Assembly: GCA_018396535.1 (NCBI GenBank)
Contig: JAGTQC010000004.1
Location: 64,001 to 128,000, forward strand
DNA length: 64,000 bases
Direction of reading: 5' to 3'
Origin: Candidatus Bathyarchaeota archaeon
GTDB taxonomy: Archaea; Thermoproteota; CALKCG01; B24; DRYS01
Part shown: positions 28,421 to 38,719 of the stretch, in pieces
Position numbering within the stretch: the stretch's first letter is position 1
Layout: each line of letters starts with the position of its first letter
The notes under the pieces: generated by a model
Seen by the model: the letters and a program-made list of their open reading frames with translations, nothing else
The model's database searches: none
What the model was told of the DNA's origin: nothing
Translations under genes and position numbers: made by a program

Positions 28421-29668
28421 TTAGTTAGCGATCGTATGGCTTCTAGAAGGTTTAACAGTAGATATGATAGCTAGCGAAGCTAGGATTACAGCTACAGCGG
28501 ATAGGGCTGCAGGACAGTATCCATACCCTTCGTATATCGGAGTGAATATTATGGGGCCTATAAATCCTCCTAAACCCATAAAGGTCCTGTATATACCTAG
28601 AGCGCTCCCCCTGAGATCTGGTGGAGCTATCTCTGAGAGTAGAACCATAAGCGATGTTAGGATCATCCCCCGTCCAAACCCTTCGATGAAAGCTATCGAT
28701 ACTATCGCTAGATAGGTGGAGCCGATCGTATAACCGTATAATCCTGCAGCTTCTAGTAGTAGACCTATAGTTATCATAGGCTTCCTACCTAGCTTATCGG
28801 ATAACCAACCTGAGATACCGGTAGATGTTATGATACCAAGCGTCCTTATAGCCATAACCACACCTATAAGCTCCACATCTATACCTAAATCCATATTCAG
28901 GTATAGTGGAAGAACTGTACCAGATACGCCATTCCATGTCAGCATCCTGGTGAGAGAGTTTATGTAAACAGCTGTCAAACTCCAGCTTCCAACTCCTGGT
29001 AGAACCCTCCTAATAGATGATATATCTAGGTGGATTCTATACCTCTCATAGCCTTCATTATGCTTTAGATCTCTAGATTTAGAAGCTATCATGAATGATG
29101 TAGAGGTTAGTATAGCTGATGATAGGAATACCCCTCTATAACCTATGTATCTCGACATAAATCCTCCTAGAGGTGCTCCTATAAAGCTTCCGATAAACTC
29201 TATAGATTGGAATGTTCCTAGAGCAGTACCTCTAACACTTTGATGAAATGTATCGAAGATTATCGCAGAACTACTCATAAAGTATAACCCAGTCCCAAGC
29301 CCCCATAAACCCCTACCAGCTATAAGCATGTATATGTTGATGGATGTAGAGCATAGAAGCGCACCGATCGATGATAAAGCTAAACCAGATACTAGTAGCT
29401 TATACCTACCTATCCTATCGGCTAGTATACCTGATGGTATCTCCGTGAATATTCTCGATAGAAACCATGCTGATGATACGAACCCGATCATCAACCCTGA
29501 TGGATCGAGCTCATGCGCATATATAGGTAGGAAGGATGAAGCTAGGCTCATACCCATGATCAAGGTTAACGATGAAGCTAGAAGTTCGAAGTAAGCCTTA
29601 GGATACGTTCTTAATAGGCTAACAGTACGTCTCGTAGATCCACCACCAGACTTTCTAGCTACGATCAA
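28421..29668 (-). CDS. MFS transporter
   Basis: About 12 hydrophobic segments; motif A GILADRIGRY and GWLSDKLGRK. Confidence 0.9.
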   Translation of the reverse strand: MIVARKSGGGSTRRTVSLLRTYPKAYFELLASSLTLIMGMSLASSFLPIYAHELDPSGLMIGFVSSAWFLSRIFTEIPSGILADRIGRYKLLVSGLALSSIGALLCSTSINIYMLIAGRGLWGLGTGLYFMSSSAIIFDTFHQSVRGTALGTFQSIEFIGSFIGAPLGGFMSRYIGYRGVFLSSAILTSTSFMIASKSRDLKHNEGYERYRIHLDISSIRRVLPGVGSWSLTAVYINSLTRMLTWNGVSGTVLPLYLNMDLGIDVELIGVVMAIRTLGIITSTGISGWLSDKLGRKPMITIGLLLEAAGLYGYTIGSTYLAIVSIAFIEGFGRGMILTSLMVLLSEIAPPDLRGSALGIYRTFMGLGGFIGPIIFTPIYEGYGYCPAALSAVAVILASLAIISTVKPSRSHTIAN

Positions 29669-29774
29669 TTAGAGTATATAAAGATCATCGATCCCTAAGC
29701 TACCCGATTATATGGGGGGCCTCTTACAGCTACATTTATACGTGTATATATAGCTATTATCGATCGGGTAGGCT

Positions 29775-30503
29775 ATGCTCATAGAAGTAAGGTTTGGCGG
29801 AGACTCGCTTATACTAGATGTGGATAGACGCTTCGATTCTATACTAGGTAGAGAACTACCTTTCACTACAACGTTGAATGTATGGAAGGAGGAGGTATAC
29901 TTCGAAACCCCTATCGAGATAGATGTTTCTGAGATGCGTAGCTTCATCAAGATCGAACCTGGTAAACTATACTATTGGCCTCCAGGTAGAGGATTCTGTA
30001 TATTCTACGGTTTCAGCCAACCGTATAGCCCTGTATACCATATAGGCTCCTATATAGGTGTGTTGAGTAGGCTTAGAACGGTTGAGGATGGCGTGGAGGC
30101 TATAGTTCAACAGTATAAGCCTATAGAATCGTATACGAGTTTGGTATCTCTACTCGAATCTATAGGGTTTAAAGCTGTTACAGCACTGTATGGGGGTGAA
30201 CCGGTAGTCGAATCTGTAGGATTCATCGAGGGTAGGAGGATAGCTTTCAAGATGTATGTAGAGGAGTATGGTATACATATAGAGGGGGAGCCAATCCTCC
30301 CTCAAAACTATACGCTTCAAACACTCAAATTTGTATCTATGCTATCAGATCTGCTAAGTCAAGAAGAGTATGTAAGACCGGATCTAGATGAGGATGGATG
30401 GATAACTATAACAGGCTATACTACGATTGATAGGATAGTAGAAGCAGTGGGAGAATTTAGTAGAGCATATCTTAAAGTGTTTAAGGCTATATCGCAGGTA
30501 TAG
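29775..30503 (+). CDS. Cyclophilin-like fold protein with C-terminal extension
   Basis: LPF....NVWKEEVYFETP...GKLYYWPPGRGFCIFYG pattern. Confidence 0.7.
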   Translation: MLIEVRFGGDSLILDVDRRFDSILGRELPFTTTLNVWKEEVYFETPIEIDVSEMRSFIKIEPGKLYYWPPGRGFCIFYGFSQPYSPVYHIGSYIGVLSRLRTVEDGVEAIVQQYKPIESYTSLVSLLESIGFKAVTALYGGEPVVESVGFIEGRRIAFKMYVEEYGIHIEGEPILPQNYTLQTLKFVSMLSDLLSQEEYVRPDLDEDGWITITGYTTIDRIVEAVGEFSRAYLKVFKAISQV

Positions 30504-30648
30504 CCTTAAGCTTAGAAGGATAGCTCCGCCAATATTATAGGATCAGTTTTAGGTTAGATTAATCTATCAGAATTATAGCTATCCGATTAAACCTAACCTA
30601 GATATAATCGATATTTTTAGTTAGAAAAGCTTTTACACAGCTCCCCAT

Positions 30649-32043
30649 ATGTCCTTAGGTCTCCGACCCCACATGGATTATAGAGCTGTAGCAGCGTTAG
30701 CTATATTCATATTCACACTCTACCTTATGGTTAGGAGACCGTATAGGATAAACCTAGGTCTAGCTTCAGGTATAGGTGCTATACTATCGCTTCTAGCTGG
30801 AACTGTTACACTGAGCGATGCTGTTACAGCGTTTATGGAGATAATGGATGCCGCCCTCGCCTTCATCGGTATAGTAGCCTTCTCTCTAATACTTGATTAC
30901 CTCGGATTCTTCAGATGGGCTGCTATAAAGGTTATCAAAGCTGCTAGCGGAGATGGGTTAAAGCTATACTTCTACACCTCTCTACTAACAGCTTTAGTAA
31001 GTATACTATTCGCTAACGATAGCGCGATACTAATACTCACACCTATAGTTGTAGAGGTTATAGATGAGTTGAGGATGGGATCGAAGGAGAGGCTCGCCTA
31101 CCTATTCGCTGCAGGCCTCATCGCAGATACAGCAGCTATGCCGCTAGTTACGAGTAATCCTGTGAATATAGTGAGCGCAGACTTCCTCTGTTATAGCTTC
31201 ATAGATCATGCCATCTTCATGGGTCCGGTAGCTTTAGCTACTATAGCTATGAGCTTGGTAATATTATACTGCTTCTTTAGGAGTAGTATACCGAGGAGGT
31301 ATACTACAGAAGCTATAGAGTGTTTAGATGCGGATCGTATAATCCATCCATCGATATTGAAGGTATGCATATCTACACTGGTAGCTGTGAACGTAGGCTA
31401 TATACTAGTATCGATTAATAGGCTACCAGTATCTATAGCTATATGTTCAGGTGCATTATCCCTACTCCTAACCTATATAGTAAACTCTAGGTTATCATCG
31501 GGTAGCTGCTACGAAGGGTTGAAAAGTATGGTTAGAGAGATTAACTGGGATATAGTAGTCTTCATGGCTAGCATATTCATAGTTGTTCAAGGTTTAAAGC
31601 ATATAGGCACTATAGAATTCTTCAAACGTATATTCCTAGAATCTCTAAAGCTACCAGGATTCCTCTCGATACTATCACCTAGTCTAGCGGTTACGGTAGG
31701 TGCTAGTATAATGAATAATTGGCCGATGACTATACTAGGGCTACTATCGATAAGAGATGTTTTAGGATACGGGTTAGATGATCATCATATAGCGGGTCTA
31801 GTATTCTCGAATATCATAGGGAATAATCTAGGTCCGCATTTCTTCCCACTAGGATCTCTAGCGATAATAATGTGGATGGAAACTATGCGTAGGAAGGGGT
31901 TGAGTATAAGACTTAGAGACTATCTAAAGGTAGGATCGGTTGTATCGATAATAGAGGTTACGGTATCATCTATAATTCTATGGGTTGAGATAAGTATACT
32001 AGGTATGAAGCTGAATATACCTCTAGATCATCTAAGATATTGA
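30649..32043 (+). CDS. arsB: ArsB/NhaD-family membrane transporter (arsenite efflux-like)
   Basis: FANDSAILILTPIV, IADTAAMPLVTSNPVNI, MNNWP, NLGP...GSLA. Confidence 0.8.
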   Translation: MSLGLRPHMDYRAVAALAIFIFTLYLMVRRPYRINLGLASGIGAILSLLAGTVTLSDAVTAFMEIMDAALAFIGIVAFSLILDYLGFFRWAAIKVIKAASGDGLKLYFYTSLLTALVSILFANDSAILILTPIVVEVIDELRMGSKERLAYLFAAGLIADTAAMPLVTSNPVNIVSADFLCYSFIDHAIFMGPVALATIAMSLVILYCFFRSSIPRRYTTEAIECLDADRIIHPSILKVCISTLVAVNVGYILVSINRLPVSIAICSGALSLLLTYIVNSRLSSGSCYEGLKSMVREINWDIVVFMASIFIVVQGLKHIGTIEFFKRIFLESLKLPGFLSILSPSLAVTVGASIMNNWPMTILGLLSIRDVLGYGLDDHHIAGLVFSNIIGNNLGPHFFPLGSLAIIMWMETMRRKGLSIRLRDYLKVGSVVSIIEVTVSSIILWVEISILGMKLNIPLDHLRY

Positions 32044-32177
32044 ATACAATCCCTGAGGTTATCCGTGATTCCGCCATATAAAATCAGCCATATGCTACCC
32101 CATAGATCTACTCTCCTCAAACACTTTACTAGAGGTTAGAGCTTATATGGTATTATCGGTAGCGATATTTCTCCTGT

Positions 32178-33155
32178 ATGAGTGAGCGTATAATTTTAGT
32201 TACTGGTGGTTTAGGATTTATAGGTAGTCATATAGTCGATAAACTTGTCGATCAAGGGTTTAAAGTTCGTATAATAGATAATCTTAGTAGCGGTAGGATG
32301 GAGAATATAGAGCATCGCCTAGGGGATCCTAGATTAGAGGTTTTGAATATAGATCTAAAGGATAAGGATAAGCTGGTAGAATATACCAAGGATGTGGAGG
32401 TAGTCTTCCACTATGCAGCGAATCCTGAAGTTAGGGTTAGCACAACCGATCCTGAAATACATTTCAAAGAGAATATACTAGCTACGTTCAATCTACTAGA
32501 AGCTATGAGGGTAAACGATGTAGAAGAGCTGGTATTCGCATCATCTAGTAGCGTATACGGTGAACCAGAATTTATACCGGTAGATGAGAATGCATCTGTG
32601 AAACCAGTATCCGTATACGGAGCTAGCAAAGCTGCATGCGAAAACCTAATACAAGCATACAGCAATCTATACGGGTTTAAAACAGTATCCCTAAGATATG
32701 CGAACGTAGTAGGACCTAGGCTAAGACATGGCGTAATATACGATTTCATAACTAAACTACTAGCAAATCCTAGAAGATTAGAGATACTAGGAGATGGAAG
32801 CCAAACGAGAAGCTACATATACATAGATGATGCTGTGGAAGCTACGATAACAGTATGGAGGAGTATAGGTAGAGGATTCGATGTATACAATGTAGGAAGC
32901 GGGGATTGGATAAATGTGAGGGAGATAGCGGATATAATAGTAGAGGTTATGAAGCTGGAAAACGTAGAGTACATATACAAACCAATACTACACGGTATAG
33001 GATGGCTTGGAGATGTTAAACATATAGCTTTAAAGATAGATAAGGTTAGGAAACTGGGATGGAAGCCAAAGCTGGATAGTAGAGGAGCGGTTAGAGAAGC
33101 AGCTAGAAGAATACTAGAAGAAGTGGGTGGAAGACATCTCGAAACGAGTAGATGA
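32178..33155 (+). CDS. NAD-dependent epimerase/dehydratase (GalE-like)
   Basis: TGGLGFIGSH, ASSSSVYG, YGASK, LRYANVVG, GDGSQTRSY. Confidence 0.92.
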   Translation: MSERIILVTGGLGFIGSHIVDKLVDQGFKVRIIDNLSSGRMENIEHRLGDPRLEVLNIDLKDKDKLVEYTKDVEVVFHYAANPEVRVSTTDPEIHFKENILATFNLLEAMRVNDVEELVFASSSSVYGEPEFIPVDENASVKPVSVYGASKAACENLIQAYSNLYGFKTVSLRYANVVGPRLRHGVIYDFITKLLANPRRLEILGDGSQTRSYIYIDDAVEATITVWRSIGRGFDVYNVGSGDWINVREIADIIVEVMKLENVEYIYKPILHGIGWLGDVKHIALKIDKVRKLGWKPKLDSRGAVREAARRILEEVGGRHLETSR

Positions 33156-33410
33156 TACAGAAGTAGTATCGTAAAACCCTAGAATCACATAGAAGAATAT
33201 ACTGTTAGAGGACTGAAGCATCTATCCAATACTATAGAGTATAACATAGGTTTATGTAGGATAGTAGATCAGATACATATATCAACCCATACATAATTCA
33301 ACTGAAACATTGATATGGATACACAGCCGCCTGTATACGTTTCATACATCTTGTATACGTAATCTTAAAATAACTAGCCTAGATAGGGTTAGATTCGGGT
33401 AGGAGAAACG

Positions 33411-36400
33411 GTGAATAAAACTATGAATAAAAGTACATGCTCTAAACTATCGGTAGCCCTACTAACCCTAATAGTACTATCCATACTACCAAACATAGCT
33501 GTAAAACTCGTAGCCGCCGAATCTATGGAAACAGATAGACCTCTGTATGCTATAAAATGGAAGGATAACGCAATAGGATACGTAAACGTAACAGTAACAC
33601 TAACGGGGTTAGATCCTGAAACAAGATACGAGTTAGCAGTATTCAAGCATCATGGACCTGCAGGCTTAAACTATGTTAAAGAAGTCTACGGTGTATATGA
33701 AGCTACGATAAAATTCACTATACCACCAACCATGGATTCACGTCCAGAGGATATAGCTGGTACATGGAACGCTACATTATACAAGGTAGTAGGAGAAACC
33801 AGGTCGATCGTAACGTGGTGTAACTTCGGTGTATGGGCTATAAACTCTAGGATACTAAACTACGGTAGGATACTGCAGATATGGGGTGGAGGATTTAAAC
33901 CAGGTACAAAGGTAAACTTCACAATATACGACAAGGATTGAAACAATAGTAATAACGGATGAGCTATTCGGTGAGGATCCAGCTAAATCCCCTGTAAGTG
34001 GTGTAGTTTGTGTAAAGTATGGAACATTCTCCAATACATCCTATATAATAACTACTGATATAGCTAAAGGAACATATGTAGTAGAACTCGTAGAAGACTA
34101 TCTCTTCCTACCTAAAGTAATATCTACAGGTGATCCTGAAAAAGAACTTGAATTCACTATAACAGATGAGCTGATAGTCGATATACTAAAACCTGAAGAG
34201 GGTAGCAAATGGAGGAGGACAGATACAGTACCTGTCGAGGTCGAAGTCCTATACCAGGATCTCGTACCCGTAACCTCAGGTGAAGTTACCGTCACCTTCA
34301 CACCACCGGTATGTACGCCTAGCGCCGAGCCGCCATACGATGAGCCTAAGACTATCTCGTTAAGCTATAGTCCTATAAGTAAGACTTGGGTTGGAAGCTT
34401 CAAAATACAGAAGGATAACTCCACCGGAATATGGACTGTAGAAGCTACTGCTGAAGATGTCTACGGTAATAGTGGCGGCGACACCAATACGATTACTGTT
34501 AAAGCTGCTATACTCGTCGTCGAGACGGAGGTTGCTCCACCTGCATCCGTTCCGAGAGCTTCATGGGTATCATGGCTAATAAAGGTTAAGTATAAGGGTG
34601 ACGGCTCACCTGCTAAGCTCTACATACCTCTATGCACTGTCTATGTTGTCAACGCTACGACCAATGCTACTGTAGGATCAGCCTACCTGGTAGAGGTTGA
34701 AGTTGGAAGATATAACGTGACATGGTTCGTACCTGCTGATGCACCTCTCGGAGATTATAGATTCCTAATACCTGCAGATGCTTTGAAAGATGTCGTCACG
34801 ACATGTACTGTATGTAACACTGGTCCTGAGAAGGATGTATTATCGCCTGTATTCGCCGTAGGTATAACAGCGCTTAGAGTCGAAGTTAAAACTTATTCAG
34901 CTAAAGATCCTACGAAGGAGAGGGTAGCGTTCACACCTGGATCTATAGTATACATAGGTGCTAAGGTAACATACCTAGAATCAGGTGTAGTAATGACTTC
35001 CGGGTCTGTTAGAGCTTACATATACAATGAGACAGGTTACCTGGTTGCTGAAATACCTATGACGTATGATTCAGGTACTAGGATGTGGTGGTGTGAATGG
35101 GATTCGACAGGCTATCCAGCTGGACGCTACAGGGTTCTTGTAAAGGCTAGGGATATAGGCTACAACGTTGGTGAAGGTGAAACATACTTCTACATATCAG
35201 GCTTAGTGATATCGCCTAGTAAAGGTACAGTACCACCGATAGAGAATACTAAATGCGAGAAGCTTAAAGATGGAAACTGGCTTATAACCGCTAGCGTATA
35301 CAAGGATCCTGTTTCAGGTAAGAGTCTAGGCACCGTTATATCGATATCGGCTACACACTTTACACCAAACTCTAAGGTTAACATAACGGTAGATTGGCTA
35401 CCATACCCAGCTCTAGTAGGTAAGAAGATACTATTAGCGATGAACGTACCTACAGATGCTGAAGGAAACTTTGCCACTACAGTAGTATTCCCGACGACGA
35501 TTAAGGGAATCTACTATATAATAGCTAGGGATGCTAAAGGCCTAGAGATGAAAACTACTTTTGAAGTAATACCTGGAATGATACTCACACCAGACCCGGT
35601 TGTAGGCTCAGCTTTAACAAAGGTTATAGCTACAGGTCTACCAGGGCCTATAAATGACGTCGCCGATGCTGCTAAGGCATGGGAGATACTAGTTAACGAT
35701 ACAGATGCTATGCGCACCCTTGCTGGTCATATAGGCTTCCTCTATAACATGACTGAAACTTATGATACGAGATGGAGGACTAATGAGAATGGTACATTAA
35801 TCTCGGTAGCTTTAGGTAAGTATAAGTATACAGTTAAGCCTGGATTCGTAATACCGTTCACAGAGCCTGGAGCCTATGTCTTCAAGCTTATACTCGAAGG
35901 TGGAGGCTACCGTAACTCTACAGATCCAGCCCTATTCAAAACGGTTAAAACGACATCAGTCTCGGATACCGTTAAGGTTGTTAATGCTTTCAAAGAGTTT
36001 ACTATCTTGGTAGATAAGGTTGATGCTCTAGCTGAGCTTGTCAGTACTATGAACGTTCTATTAAGGTCTGTGGATAAAAACGTAGCTACGCTAGTCACCG
36101 ATACTGGTACTATCAAAGCTGATGTCTCAACTTTAAGAAGCCTGGTTAAGGAGATGGGCGGTACGTTAACCGATATAAGCGGTGGTATAGCTACCATAAA
36201 GACGGATGTAGGTACCATTAAGGCATCCATAGATGCTCTATCACCTAAGATAGAGGCTGTGAGAGGTGATGTAGCTCGTATATCGACCAATATAGGAGAG
36301 ATACTCACAAACCTAGAGACTATAGAACCTGTAGTAATGAGTATAAAGGATGGTGTAGCTACCGTTAACACTAAGATAGATACATTAACAGGTAGGGTTA

Positions 36401-36597
36401 CGACTATAGATGGTAACGTAGCTACGGTAAGAACAGATGTAGGTGATATAAAGGCTAGGGTTGCTGATCTTGCAGGTGTACCTGGAGCTATAAGCACTGT
36501 AACAATGGCTGTATGGATAGCTGTAGTTTTATCGCTAGTAGCAGCTATATGCTCTATAGTATCGCTACTACAGCTACGTAAGAAGATAGCAGGCTAG
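33411..36597 (+). CDS. Large secreted, membrane-anchored surface/S-layer-like protein (~1060 aa), interrupted by a +1 frameshift near 33916-33938
   Basis: ORF 33411-33941 carries a signal peptide. The frame of ORF 34717-36597 is stop-free back to 33916 and reads as protein. The joined product has beta-rich Ig-like repeats with N-x-S/T sequons, a repetitive coiled-coil stalk, a C-terminal TM helix and a basic tail. Confidence 0.8.
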
Positions 36598-36602
36598 AAG
36601 TA

Positions 36603-36640
36603 TCGGGTAGGGCTACCGAACCCCCACCCCCTTTATTTCC
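36603..36640 (+). terminator. Possible terminator after the surface-protein gene
   Basis: Short imperfect hairpin (TCGGGTAG..CTACCGA) followed by a C/T-rich tract, between convergent genes. Confidence 0.35.
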
Positions 36641-36670
36641 ATCCCTTCTTAGAAGGTATCTAGTTATAGG

Positions 36671-37255
36671 CTAGGCTACCGTTTTCCTAAAACTCGCTAT
36701 AACTATACCCCTAGTATACTCCGCTCTCTCAGTCTTATATCCTAGCGCAGACATAACCCCCTCGAATATCGATAATAATAGTTTCGTAGATTCCGATGAG
36801 AGGTTTGATGCTATAAATCTGAATAGTATAGCCTCCCCACCCCCCTCTACAGAGATATCTGTAGGTGCTAGTAGTGTAGATGAGACTAGGATTCTAAGAG
36901 CTTCTATCGGATTATCGAATTTAACCGAGATATATCTACCATACCAGTATCCAGATTCGTATGCATTACGATAGATTTCATCTAAACCCTCTCTATCCAC
37001 CCTAGATAGTATCGTATTCATCAGATTCACAGGTATGAGCATTATACCCGCACTTCTATGCATAGAAGCTACCATATACGATCTAACAGCATCCTTTATA
37101 GATCCACCATCACCATATATCCTAACGACATCCGATAGTATATCTGATATGAACGATGATAGTGTTCTACCCTCCCTATTAGATATCTCCATAAGCTTAT
37201 CGACTATATCTGCCTGTACGAATATAAGCTTCCTACCCTGAGAGCGTGAAGGCAT
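36671..37255 (-). CDS. Putative regulator: N-terminal ribbon-helix-helix plus V4R/H-NOX-like domain
   Basis: RKLIFVQADIVDKLMEISNREGRTLSSFISDIL resembles an RHH; AYESGYWYG...FEGVMSALG resembles a V4R-like fold. Confidence 0.6.
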   Translation of the reverse strand: MPSRSQGRKLIFVQADIVDKLMEISNREGRTLSSFISDILSDVVRIYGDGGSIKDAVRSYMVASMHRSAGIMLIPVNLMNTILSRVDREGLDEIYRNAYESGYWYGRYISVKFDNPIEALRILVSSTLLAPTDISVEGGGEAILFRFIASNLSSESTKLLLSIFEGVMSALGYKTERAEYTRGIVIASFRKTVA

Positions 37256-37262
37256 AGCTCAA

Positions 37263-37829
37263 CTATCCTTTAACCTCGATCCTTATCCTTATAAATCCTT
37301 TATCAACCTCAGAATCCAATACATCGAAGCCTAGGCCTACAAGAACACCTTTAAGAAGGGATTCGAATAGAAAACTATAGTTTAGAGTGAACCTAGAGCT
37401 AAAGCATAATAGTATAGCCTCCCCACCCCTCCTCTCGAATCTAAATTCCGATATATTCCACATAAGCCTCGATAGTATATGTATAGATTCATCTATACTA
37501 GATGATACCGATAGATACTTAGATAGCCATAAACCTGTTTCAAACCAGCTCTTCCTAAGCTTATCAGAGTATCCTGATTCAAAGCATAGATCTACAAGCT
37601 CGTAGAGTAGATTCTCAGGTATGGTTGTAAACCCGGATCTCCTACCATAATCCATAGCCCTATACTCATCTAGTAGACGCTTAATGTTAAGACCCCCCTC
37701 CTCAACTTCTAATATAGATTCGAGTATATCGTTAAGCATAGCGTAGACGGTTACACCCCTACTCTCAGCTAGAACCTTAAGTCTATCAGCTAGATCAACC
37801 CTAGCTGCAAGCATCTTTCTATCAGGCAA
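37263..37829 (-). CDS. Paralogous putative regulator (RHH plus V4R-like)
   Basis: RKMLAARVDLADRLKVLAESRGVTVYAMLNDIL; WFETGLW...LKGVLVGLG; collinear similarity to the neighbouring gene. Confidence 0.6.
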   Translation of the reverse strand: MPDRKMLAARVDLADRLKVLAESRGVTVYAMLNDILESILEVEEGGLNIKRLLDEYRAMDYGRRSGFTTIPENLLYELVDLCFESGYSDKLRKSWFETGLWLSKYLSVSSSIDESIHILSRLMWNISEFRFERRGGEAILLCFSSRFTLNYSFLFESLLKGVLVGLGFDVLDSEVDKGFIRIRIEVKG

Positions 37830-37988
37830 AGATCATTAAACCCCCAGGCTAGATAGACTCGATAACCTAATAGTATTACGAGATTTAAAATTTGGCGTTA
37901 TTACTCGCAGCATCTGTAGACTATGGAATTATACGTATACCAGCCGTAAACCTTATATCCATAGATTCATCTACCTCAATCGATAGTC

Positions 37989-38396
37989 TTGACGATATAC
38001 GCTCTAAGAGTAGCTAAACCTGAATGGGTTGATAACCTGTATAGGGAGGGTGTATACTATGGGTCTGTTAGGAGATTATTTAAACCAGGTGATACCATAA
38101 TATTCTTCTCCAAGATCGAAGATCTAGGCGACGCCCTAATAGGATACAGTGTGGTAGAATCCTTCTATAGAAGAGGGGATCTACCAGAGGATATAGCTTC
38201 GAGATTTCAGGAGCATCCATGGAGTTGGCTTATAAGATTCGATCGATCAAAGCTGGTAAGGTTTATCGATCCTATACCATGGGTTAAACTAGTAGAGCTA
38301 GGTATTATACCTAGAAAGGCTAGGGGTAGATACCTCCACGGATTTAGACTTAGGGATAGAGAGGCTGATATCTTGAGAAGTATATGTAAGATATGA
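37989..38396 (+). CDS. EVE/PUA-like domain protein
   Basis: FKPGDTIIFFS...LIGYSVV...IRF...VRFIDPIP pattern; 135 aa. Confidence 0.55.
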   Translation: MTIYALRVAKPEWVDNLYREGVYYGSVRRLFKPGDTIIFFSKIEDLGDALIGYSVVESFYRRGDLPEDIASRFQEHPWSWLIRFDRSKLVRFIDPIPWVKLVELGIIPRKARGRYLHGFRLRDREADILRSICKI

Positions 38397-38456
38397 TATA
38401 TGAACTTATATCCTCTACAGATGCGATCATCTATATAGCTTGTAAGGTGGTATAGG

Positions 38457-38645
38457 ATGGTTAAAGTTAGAGTAGATCAAGATCTATGTATAGGCTGCGG
38501 TCTATGCGAATCGCTATGTCCAGAAGTATTTAGATTAACGGCTGAGGGTAAATCTGAAGTAGTGAACCCGAACGGATGTGATGGATGCGATTGTAGAAGT
38601 GTAGCTGATCAATGCCCTGTATCAGCGATAATAGTCGAAGAGTAG
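38457..38645 (+). CDS. Ferredoxin (monocluster 4Fe-4S)
   Basis: CIGCGLCESLCPEVF...CPVSAI. Confidence 0.93.
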   Translation: MVKVRVDQDLCIGCGLCESLCPEVFRLTAEGKSEVVNPNGCDGCDCRSVADQCPVSAIIVEE

Positions 38646-38719
38646 CCTCGATATAATAGATAAATTAACTAGCCTCCATCTACTATTTATCTACCCCTCC
38701 CACAACTATAGGGTTAGAT

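Noticed and set aside
33880-34000. Second BHB intron explaining the surface-gene frameshift
   Set aside because: Only weak hairpins (ATTG-AAA-CAAT; GGATTTA/TAAATCC); no 4-bp helix flanked by 3-nt bulges. A one-base indel explains it.
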